A stretch of DNA of 64,000 nt from Pecten maximus (taxonomy: Eukaryota): positions 41,106,001 through 41,170,000 of the forward strand of contig NC_047015.1 in assembly GCF_902652985.1 (NCBI RefSeq), in the 5' to 3' direction. The notes beneath the pieces are model-generated. The model ran no database searches. It saw only the letters and a list, made by a program, of their open reading frames with translations, and was not told the origin of the DNA. The position numbers and the translations under genes are program-made. Position 1 is the stretch's first letter. Every line of letters begins with the position of its first letter. This document shows positions 13,201 through 25,200 of the stretch, one piece after another.

Positions 13201-16200
13201 TTGACATTGAAGTAGAGGGTTGAAGGAAGGTTCGGGACGATGCTGTATACAATTGGATCCTACAATCAGAGAGAAACACAAATAACATCATGTTCATATA
13301 GTAGTAATTATTAGAGACCAGCAAGTCATGAATTTTAAATGTTAAAAAAATATTTCACCTTTTTCCTCAAGTAACTTTGGGAACCACTGACCATGTACCC
13401 TATCTAGTTTTCAGTTCAATTTAAACTAGAACTGTCGCCAGTATGGCTGACTAATACCCCCGCAATCTGCACGAGTCAATGATGAATTTGAACTTTTAAT
13501 TAGAGGCTAACTAAGACAAGGATGGATAGTATTGCAACAGCAATACAAAGTCCCCTGCCTGAGCTAGAAGTACACCTATTCATTTCCCATTTTTTTTTTT
13601 GAAAAATGGTTTTTCGAAAAAAACAAATGTGGGATGCACAACTACATGTTATACTGATCATGTATACCAAGTTTCGTTAAGATCGGAGTAGTACTTTAGG
13701 AGGAGTTGTCCGGACAACTATTGCGTGACAGACAGACAGACAGACGGACGGACGGACAACCTGATTCCAGTATACCCCCCTAACTTCATTGCGGGGGTAT
13801 AAAAAATATTCTACAAAATAAAAATATAATGCTTCATTTTTACTTTTAAAATCTAAAGGCTTATAATATTGTATACTTACATTGTCAGCATCTGTAGCTA
13901 GGATCTGGAGTATGTTATGACCAACTAACACATTCTCATCAATGGTTTCCTCATAGTTAGTCTGTGCAAACTCTGGAGCATGGGGGTTCCTCGTCACAAT
14001 GATAGTGACCTTGACCTTATTTTGACGACTTGGCACACCACTATCTTTAGCAACTACAAACATCTGTAAAAAGGACAGAAAGATTCTTAACACTGTTACA
14101 AAACTAATACAACAACTAACAGACAATATTGACAAAAGTGACCAATGAGGGAAAAATCAGAACAAAGAATATATTTTCATGGAGATCCTTATCAGGTATG
14201 AGAGGAATCGGACCAGGTGTTCAAGAAGAGTAAACATCTTCATCAAAGTATTTCTAAACAGATCTGCAAGTGTAGAAGAATACTGAATGATAAGTTGTAT
14301 TCAATGTCTGCCAATCATATAGAATAAATTCTTACTGTATAGCTCTGAGTTGTGGGGTCGGAACGCAGGTTTCCGATGACCAGGATGAGGCCGGATGAAG
14401 GATTGATGTAGAAGTAATCTCCACTGTAGATCGGCTGACTTTCTTGCTGACTGAAGAAGTATACAATCTTGCCATTGTCGCCCTGAAATACAAAATGTGT
14501 CTTGATTTATAATCCTTTAGTTTACAGAAAGGGAATGAACACAAAATAATTCTGAGAAGATGACTTGGGTTTGTTCTAAGGCATGAACTATTATTCTGCT
14601 GTTATCAAAATATTAACATCCATAAAATAACTTACCTGATCTTGATCCGTAGCTGATACATTTCCAACAATGTAGTTGAGGTCAGCATTTTCATTGATTG
14701 TGAAAGTGAGATCTCCATGGTTGAATAATGGTGTGTTCGGGTTACGGTTCACCTGAACTCTTACAAGGGCAAAGTCAAACTCAGACGGATCGTTCAATCG
14801 GTATCCATATACTCGGATCTATAAACAAGAAAGTTCATTACTGTTTTGGTAACATGGTTTTCACTTACTGCTGAGTTTTGTTTAAAAAATAACAGTCGGT
14901 TTACTGACAACACCGGACACAAATCATCATCATTGTAGTGAAATATCCGTAATTATTATAAAAAAAAACCAAAAAAAAACCGATATTATCACGATATAAT
15001 ATTTACATTTACACTGCAGCCCCACTATATCACTTTATCAAGCTCACTTGGAAGTTATGAGTCCATAACTTCCAAATCTTCATTATGACGTCATTATTAT
15101 AGTGACGTCATAATTATCACGTCGGCGATAACGAAAGATGGCTTTTGAAAAGGCTGTTCCGTCTTTGACGATAATAAGTTGTTTATTCATTATCAGAGTA
15201 AAATTCCTGGATAAAGTCTTTCAAATTCGTTGTCAAATGTAAATATAAGCATTGAACTGCTTTCATTTGGAAGTTATGGGCTGATGAATGTCAACTGGAC
15301 AAAGGCAAATTTAATGAAGTGCACTATAGCGCTTCATGTTGAATTTGCCTTTGTTCAGTTGGCATTCATCAGCCCATAACTTCCAAATGAAAGCAGTTCA
15401 ATGCTTAAATGGTTACAGTCATACACTCTTATGTAATAGACAGATCCCTATTGTAACAGACAAGAGAAGAACTTACAGTGTACATATTTGTTAAGCTGTC
15501 ATCTTCTGTGAATGCCTTGCTGAGAGTAATCTGGCCTGTAGCATTGTTGATGACAAAATGGTCTCTTGCCAATCCATCCCCACGAATCTCGTACACAATA
15601 GTGCTCTATAAAACAAAAAAGATATGTTAGTCCATAATTTGTCAGAGTACACATCCTTACATTGGCTAGTTAACAAGCCAGTCAAGTACCAGGTTATGTT
15701 TTTTTGCTTGCAGTGTAAAATTGTTATGATTAAGTACTGTATCCATCTTTATTGGAAATTAAAACTTTCGTTCTCATAGAAATCATAAGCTTAAGACAAG
15801 GATTACTGCGATTACATTTATGGTGTTCCAAACTGTTGGACAAGCTGATTCTTATTTCAGGTGAGCCTTGACAAAGACTTTCAAGGTCTGTATTGGCAGC
15901 TGTAGGCCCACGAAGATTTATGATTGAAATATTGTATTAGAAAAAAGATTTTCTGAAAATACAAATAGGCTCCATGATTTCACCACATACAATTAGCTAC
16001 CATGGAGGGATGAGATCTCAATTTGTTAATATTTATTTAGACAAAAACATCCTCCCTAAGATACTTACACCAGCTAATGGGTCTGTGGCATTTACTACAA
16101 CGATCGTGCTATTGACAGGGTAGGACTCTGGGTATACCACAAAGTATTCTGACTGACTGAAACGAATCTTTCCAACACGACCAATCGTTATGGTAACTGG

Positions 16201-19200
16201 TACTGTAGCAGACATGGAAGGATTTCCTTGGTCACGTACTCCAACAGTGAACTGAAATAAATCAAACGTTTCATTTTAATACAGTGAAACAACAGATTAA
16301 CACTTTTTCTTTGGAAGAGTTTGAAAAAAGCAAAGGCACTATTACTCTTTTTTTGAATTTGACATAAATTATCTCCCCTACTTTGTACTTCTAACAATAT
16401 CTTCTTGGATTAGTGCATGCTTACAGTGGAATCAGAATTGCATAAGTGATATATAATTTCATAGATCTATATGCATAACAACTAAAAACACTTTTTCTCA
16501 AAATGAGATGCATTTTATCAACGTTGGAAGAATTATGGGAGGAACTAAAACATGGCAATCTTCTTTGTTTTTGCAAACAAAACATTTAGAGACAAAATGG
16601 AGGACTGTTGACCTCAGAGGAGATGTACCTGCCAAACATCCTGAGGTTCTGAAGACAGACTAACTCTGGCTGAGATGGAGCCACTAGTACTGTTGATCTG
16701 GAAGCGTTTACTGGCCTCCTCTGGTCCCACAAAGTAGTAATTCAACTTACTGTTGAATGAGGTCTAGGGAAGACAAAAACAACATTTAGTTTGTATTATA
16801 GGAACATTGTAATAGAGGACAGGGGCATTGTAATAGAGGACAGGGGCATTGTGATAGAGGGTAAAGGCATTGTGATAGAGGGTAAAGGCATTGTAATAGA
16901 GAGTAAAGGCATTGTGATAGAGGGTAAAGGCATTGTAATAGAGGGTAAAGGCATTGTAATAGAGAGTAAAGGCATTGTGATAGAGGGTAAAGGCAATGTA
17001 ATAGAGAGTAAAGGCAATGTAATAGAGGGTAAAGGCATTGTGATAGAGGGTAAAGGCATTGTAATAGAGGGTAAAGGCATTGTAATAGAGGATAATGGCA
17101 TTGTGATAGAGGGTAAAGGCATTGTAATAGAGGGTAAAGGCATTGTGATAGAGGGTAAAGGCATTGTAATAGAGGGTAAAGGCATTGTAATAGAGAGTAA
17201 AGGCATTGTGATAGAGGGTAAAGGCATTGTGATAGAGGGTAAAGGCATTGTAATAGAGGATAAAGGCAATGTAATAGAGGGTAAAGGCATTGTGATAGAG
17301 GGTAAAGGCATTGTAATAGAGGGTAAAGGCATTGTGATAGAGGGTAAAGGCATTGTAATAGAGGGTAAAGGCAATGTAATAGAGGGTAAAGGCAATGTAA
17401 TAGAGAGTAAAGGCATGGTTATAGAGGATATGAGCATTGTAATAGAGCATAGGGGCATTGTAATAGAAGGTTAAGGCATTGTAATAAAGTATAGAGGCAT
17501 TGTAATAGAGGACAGGAGCATTGTAATAGATGGTAAAGGCATTGTAATAGAGGGTAAAGGCATTGTAATAGAGGGTATGGGGATTGTAATAGAGGACAGG
17601 GGTATTTTGATAGAGGGTAAAGGCATTGTAATAGAGGGTAAAGGCATTGTAATAGAGGGTAAAGGCATTGTAATAGAGGACAGGGGTATTTTGATAGAGG
17701 GTAAAGGCATTGTATTAGAACGTGGAGGCATTGTAATAGAGGGTAGAAGCATTGTAATAGAGGACAGGAGCATTGTAATAGAGGATAGAAGCATTGTAAT
17801 AGAGGACAGAGGCGTTGTAATAGAGGGTAGAAGCATGGTATTAGAGGATAATAGAGTTACTGTGAGGGAGTTGTACTCACCACAGGATCTGGGTCTGTTG
17901 CACTAACAGTGATGATGTTGCTGAATATAGCTATGGCCTCAGATACCTCAACACTATACCCTAGAGGGCTAACAAAGGATGGAGGGTCGTTACGGTTGAT
18001 GTTCACAGTCACTGTAGCTGTCGCCATTTTAGGTGTAGCACTTGTATCTCTCACAATAACACGCAACTGAAATTAAAATCAAAAGTATGTATACAATTGC
18101 TAAAACCGTAAACATCATATTAATGAAAAAAATGCCACTTAAACGACTTGTTTTTCACTACTTTGAACAATCATACTAGATAATGCTAAAGCAATACATG
18201 TCCCCAACCAACCCCTGCTAAAAATAGTAACAGTGACCTTGATCCAAAATCCTTGAAACTCAAACTTGTCCGAGATATTATAGTCCTTTATCAGTGAGTG
18301 AAGTTTAATCAAAATCCCTCAAGAAATGAAGCCTCTAGAGCTCTGACAAACTTTGATGTTACATACATACGTAAAGAGGAATGGAGAGCGTCCTCCTGGT
18401 TTCATTGGTAGGGGACTTATAACAACTTTACATTAAAAATTTACAACGAATCAAAATATGGTAGGTTAATTTTATGTAGAAAGGGAACTGATCAGTTTGC
18501 TCTTAGGGAGACGCTGCAGTGTGAGAAGAGGACTTACGATGTAGTCTAATGGTTTAGCTGGGTCAGAAGAAATCAGGTTCGATACGGTGATAACACCGGT
18601 GAAGGGCGAGATGGAGAAGTAGTCGTTGGCAGCCCTACCATCCTCCAGGGAGTAGAACAAATTGTTCTCAGGCATCTGAAAAAAAATGACAACCGTATTA
18701 CATTCTATTTCTCTTCCACGAAATAGGGAAATGTAGAGCAATTTTATGCATTTACATTTTTCTGTCTTGTCCAGTTACTTTGGCAACTTAAAAGTGATAT
18801 TTTGCACAGCAAATCTATGTCATAATCAATATGATGTCATATCCAATTGCCTTTTTTTATGTATTTATCCCACAAGGAGTTAATTCAGTCAATTTGAAGA
18901 GTTTTAATTAATTAGTTTATAGTTTTAAGTACAATTTTGATTTCACCACATTTAAAAACAATCTTACATTTACAGTGTGTCTATCTAGTTAAAAACTTGG
19001 ATATTTTAAACATTTCCCTGTGTTACAAATATTTGACTTTGTACCGTTGTGTCAGAGTCTGTGGCGTTGATATCCAAGATGACTTTTCCATTGGGATCGT
19101 AGTCATTAGCAAACGCCGTGTAGGACAACGGTGCTATAACTGGAGGGAATACATTTCTGTTGATCTTAATTGTAACTGTGGCTCTGCTTACTGCCTCTGG

Positions 19201-22200
19201 TTCCTTGGTGTCATAGGCTTCAATGAGTAACTGAAAATTTGAAAAAAGTACTGTTTTCACACAAGCTTTCTATGTGGAGCATGAATACAGCAAACATGTA
19301 AACCTTATCATTGATTCTCAAATAAAAACGAAAAAATCACTGATTTTGTAACTGAAGTTCTTTCATCGATCCATGGAGAATAAATAAAAATGAATATTTT
19401 AGGGAAGTAATTTTATATAACAAGGAGAGAACATATTCTACAGTGAAATCAAACATATTGGATTTGATTTCTACTAAGGGCCGATATGGGAAAACAGTAA
19501 ATTATCTCCCTTTATAATATTGCAGTTTGAATACTCACGAAGTAGTTGGGGAAGAGGTTGGTGTTGAGGTGCAGGTCCTTCTGCACATAAATGACACCAG
19601 TTGTTGAATCTAATCGGAAATATTCAGTTCCGGGTAAGAAGCCTTTCACCTCGTATCGGATAGCGCCCTGTTCGCAATAAAACATTTTTTTTTAGTGTGT
19701 AAAGTATGTTTACAGTATTTAAATTTAAGGATTTTTTTAAGAATTAAAGATATAAATCTCTACATGAAATGTGAATTACCTGAAGATCTGAATCAGAAGC
19801 GATGACACTCGTAGCAACCGTGTTGATACCCTGGGTAATCGGGATTATCACTTCATAGTTAACACTTGTGAATATTGGAGGTCCTGCTAACTGGGTCACA
19901 GAAAGAACCACAGAGGCTGTGTCATTCTTGACAGGATTGCGGGAATCAGACACAAACACATTGAACTGAAAAAATAAACAAATACTAATTATCAATGAGT
20001 GGTATTATATAACAACATTAATTAATGAGTAATATTAAATATAACAGTAACCGTTGTAAATTTAGAAAAAAAGAAACTTTTAATTAAATCTTTTATCACA
20101 AACATTGATAATTAAATGTATGATGATACAATATGTTGGTTACAGATATACGAAATTAAGGAAACACATCAGTCAGAAGCTGATACGATATCAACTAATG
20201 GCAGCATCAGGAAATGTCAAACTTATACAACATACTTCATTCTGGTGACGTTTTTTAAATATGTATACCTCACTTGAACAGGAGTGAATTCAACTTGTAA
20301 TAAGTCTGATATAACAGTTTTATAGTCAGAAATCAGATTTTTAGCTGAAAGTTCTAAAGCCTTATAGAGGTTTTAAAGATATTGCTCTGTTAGAAAATAC
20401 TTAATTATTTACATCAAATCTGCTTGGTGTGCCGACGGTTTCGAGGGACTTATACAGGATGATGGCTCCACTGTCTCGACTGAGAGAGAAGTACTCCTGG
20501 TCAACAGCACTCATATCGGAGGTGTAAATCAACCGGTCCTGTAAGGCAGTACAATGTTAATCAAAATTTGTCAACAAAGTTTAGTTAGAGAAGCAATCAA
20601 ATTTTGATTTAATTCAACAATTTATTTCATTAACATCTGAAAAAAGATTCTTAAGTTCCCAACAAACCAGCCTTCATGGATTATCTTACTTTCAAGCAAT
20701 AACCATTGCTGTAATATTTTAATGGACATTATAGAGATTAATATGGACAGTATAAGGTAACTCACCCCATCAGCATCAGTGGCTGACAACTGGAACAATA
20801 CTGTGCCCAAGTCAACATTTGCACGCACAACATCTGTATATGTCCTTGGGTTGAAGATGGGGCCTGTAGGATTACGATCAATTCTCACTTTCAGTTCGCC
20901 ATAGACTTTGTTGTTAGGCCAATAACTGTCATATACTTCAACTCGTAGCTGAAAAAATAAGAGAGTAACAATGTTAAATATATGAATTTTATTTCTTTCA
21001 TCATTTATTATTGGAACTGTTTCATTGTTATACATCTATGCATGAAATTACACTTTATTCTGCGTACATTGTATGTAGTAGAATGTATGGAATGTAATGT
21101 ATTAGTGGAATGTCAGTAATGTAATTTATTTGTGAAATGTATGGAATGCAACATATTTGTGGAATATTTTTGATAGTTTTATGAGATCTAAATTGTGCAC
21201 TTAAAATATGCATAGAATAAATACTACATAAAAACTGACTAGATTCCTTCCAGTCTGTAGAGTCAAACATAAAGAATTATCTAACAATAAGCAAGAGGCC
21301 CATGGGCCATAATGGTCATCTGACTCTAAAGACCAATATACTATTGTAGTATACATACTCAGTAGCAAGTAAAGTGGTACTTTTGGCCATGGCAGCCATC
21401 TTCAATTATGGACTGACCAGAAAAATAACAACACTTGGTCAGGACCATCTTAAGATCACTGTAGCTAAGTTTGAGTTAAACCTCACGGTTGGAACTTGAG
21501 AAGTTTGAAACGTTAAGTTTGAAATAGGAAAACTATGATTGTGCAATCTTGTTACAAAATGGGTGCCCTGAATGGCATATCAAAGTTTTGAAGAGTCTCA
21601 AATAACACTTTGTTGCTCCCCAAATAACACTTTGTTGCTCCCCAAATAACACTTTGTTGCTCCCCTTCCTTAACATCCTCACCAATTTCCAGCTGAATGG
21701 CACCAGTAGGAAATGGAGAAGAAGTTAAAGAACAAAATGAGTCTTTCAAAATGGCTGACATAGCAGCCATTTTGGATTTTGCCACGACCCGAAAAATAAC
21801 AACAGTTAGTCAGGACCATCTCAGGATCATGATAGGTAAGTTAGAGCTTAATCCTAACGGTGGAACTTGAGAGGTAGTTTGATTGGTGAAAAGTTTACAC
21901 ACTGTGGACGGTGCATGACGACAGACGAAGCATGATGACTGTAGGTCATCCAGACCCTTCGGCTCAGATGACTTTATAAAACTGTATCAATGGATTAGCT
22001 AGTCTGTACTTACTGTATACTCCATAGTCTCCTGGGAGTCGGACTTCGGTACATTGAGGACGGTTATTTCTCCTGTTAGAGGGTCCATCTTGAAGAATGT
22101 CTGTGCTGGGAACTCTCCCACTAGCTTGTATGTCATATTGCCCTTTTTAGATTAAAGAAAACAAATATTAAGTTCAACGGTCAAATTGGAAATATATAAA

Positions 22201-25200
22201 GTATTACTGCAAAATCATAAAAATCTAGAAACCTCCTAACCAGCATGTATTAGTAAAAGATGTTAATGATTGAAATATAAAAAATTATCTTAGAATGATG
22301 GTTAATATTTACTCTTCTGTCCTGGTCGGTAGCCGTCACATCATATACAGGTGTTCCGAATGCTGAGTCCTCCGCCATAGATATAGCGTTGGGCAGATTA
22401 GAGAAAATAGGATTGGACAAATCTCTGGGAACAATCACAGTCACAGTAGATCTTGCAGTCCTGGAGATAGGCACTCCATTGTCTGTGGCTTCAATTTGTA
22501 CCTTGGAGGAAAAACAAGAGAATAATTTACCATGGATACCCTAATCTGTACCAGGTTATCAACCTAATCTGTACTTGGCTATCAACCTAATCTGTACCAG
22601 GTTATCAACCATACCCTAATCTGTACCAGGTTATCAACCATACCCTAATCTGTACCAGGTTATCAACCTAATCTGTACCAGGTTATCAACCATACCCTAA
22701 TCTGTACCAGGTTATCAACCATACCCTAATCTGTACCAGGTTATCAACCAATCAATTTTAACAAGAATCGTAGTATACAGTGTTAGTTAATAATGGAAAT
22801 ATACTGGTGTCCTGAATGAAATCATAGTATAGCTATTGAATATAAACTTTGTTCACAGACTTCATACATGATATATTTGGATGTTACATTGCTGGGTTTA
22901 TAGTTAAATAAAGTAATGTAAGCCAAAGTAATATCTCAACAACCTATATTCAGTCACATGACTGAAACTTATAGGGTTAAGTCCCAAGTCACGTGACCGA
23001 ATCTTATAGGGTTATCCCTGAGTCATGTGACTGCATCTCATAGGCTTCCCCCCCCCCCAGAGTCGCGTGACTGCATCTCATAGGACATGGTGTCCTTGGA
23101 GAAAGTTCATCAACCTCACAATGGCCTTGCAATAGTCATTGTCATATAAACGTTTGAAAAGAATGAGAACAGGGTATAACAGTTTTGATAGGTACATGTA
23201 TGGTCATTACTACTTAAACTCTGAGAGCTATGTAGTATGTAGACCTAATAGGTAATAGGATACTTACTGTATAGATTTCAGTGACATCAGGATCTGTGAG
23301 TAGGCTCTTCTTTAATGACAGCCGACAGTCTTTATCTACCATAAAGAACTCTTGGGCCTTGGCATTTCCAATGACTGAACAGGTCAGAGTTGACTAAAGT
23401 AAGAAAAGGTTTAAATGAAAATCTTTTTTTTCTCTTTATGAATTCGTCATCAAAATTTGTTTCAAAAATTATATTTCTTGTCTACTCTGTGAAAATGATT
23501 ATGCTAAAGGTTTCCTATTCTGGTGTATGATTTAATGGTTATGAGATAATGTACATATTAAGGTCACATATCAGTTAAATTGTCAGATATATCACAGGTG
23601 GAGATAAAACAAGTGTTCAGTGTTAGGGATAAGAATTATTTTCGCTTGTTGGTCGGATACATTAAGGGCGAGCTACCAGCAATACTTACACTATCCGGGT
23701 CGGATACATTGAGGGCTAGGGACCAGCAATACTTACACTATCCGGGTCGGATACATTGAGGGCTAGGGACCAGCAATACTTACACTATCCGGGTCGGATA
23801 CATTGAGGGCTAGGGACCAGCAATACTTACACTATCCGGGTCGGATACATTAAGGGCTAGGGACCAGCAATACTTACACTATCCGGGTCGGATACATTGA
23901 GGGCTAGGGACCAGCAATACTTACACTATCCGGGTCGGATACATTGAGGGCTAGGGACCAGCAATACTTACACTATCCGGGTCAGATACATTGAGGGCTA
24001 GAAACCAGCAATACTTACACTATCCGGGTCGGATACATTGAGGGCTAGGGACCAGAAGTCAGGATCTGTGCTTTGTGGAACCTCCACTTGGAGGTTCGTG
24101 GGGTAAAACGTTGGGCCATTCAGATTCCTTGCTACATCTATGACAACTGTGCCTGTTCTTCTGAGGGTTGGTTTACCAGTGTCATAGGCTACAACTTCCA
24201 ACTGTCAACAAATCAACAAATCAAAATCAATACACATTCTGGTAAGCAGAGCATTTTTTTTTTTTAGGTGAACAGAAATGATTGTAGCAACGTGGCAAAA
24301 GACAAAAATTGCCAGTATATTCTGCTCCTCATCACAAATAACAAGAGGGATATACCTATTGACTGTTTTAACGTATACTTACCGTGTATTTTAGGAGATT
24401 GAGGCCGTCCAATCTCAGGTCCTTGATGATGGTAATGTCCCCAGTGACGTTGTTCACAGCAAAGAAGCTCTGGGCAGGGTACACACCAACAGTTTCGTAA
24501 ACGATATCACCCTGAAAAAAAACCACTATCCACATCAACTTGCTCCTCTTCCCAATAGTTCAATTCATCCCCTACCCATCTCTTCCATCAAATAGAAAAC
24601 TGTTTTTCCTCAAATCCCACATTATTGATTTGTGATGACCTTGACATGCTTACCAGTAATGTTTTTTTTATACACTAACAGATGTATATGACCTAGCTGA
24701 TATTAATGACCTTAATCCTTTCCAATGGTGATGATCTAGACTCACATGTTAGTGTAACAGAGCTTGATGATGACCTTGACACAACATATGTATTTTGTGC
24801 TTCTGGCATGCTAATATAGCAGTGTTGTTGACTTTGACCTACTTAGTAGTATTGACTTGCATAGTCTTTGACACCTGTACTTACCAGCGTTGGTGTCCTT
24901 GACACCTGTACTTACCAGCGTTGGTGTCCTTGTATTGACCTCGACACCTGTACTTACCAGCGTTGGTGTCCTTGTATTGACCTTGACACCTGTACTTACC
25001 AGCGTTGGTGTCCTTGACACCTGTACTTACCAGCGATGGTTTCCTTGACACCGGTACTTACCAACGTTGTTGTCCTTGTACTGACCTTGACACCTGTACT
25101 TACCAGCGATGGTGTCCTTGTAATGACCTCGACACCTGTACTTACCAGCATTGGTGTCCTTGCTTTGACCTTGACACTTGTACTTACCAGCGTTGGTGTC

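Noticed and set aside
16745-16763. Internal GTAAGT in exon 65 as a 13-nt microexon donor
   Set aside because: It would break the frame. The full 135-nt exon supplies the expected C-E strands.
16764-17906. Long repetitive ORFs on both strands (GIVIEGK, SITMPLP, YYNAFTL repeats)
   Set aside because: They are by-products of a 21-bp minisatellite inside a cadherin intron, open in several frames simply because the unit is a multiple of 3.
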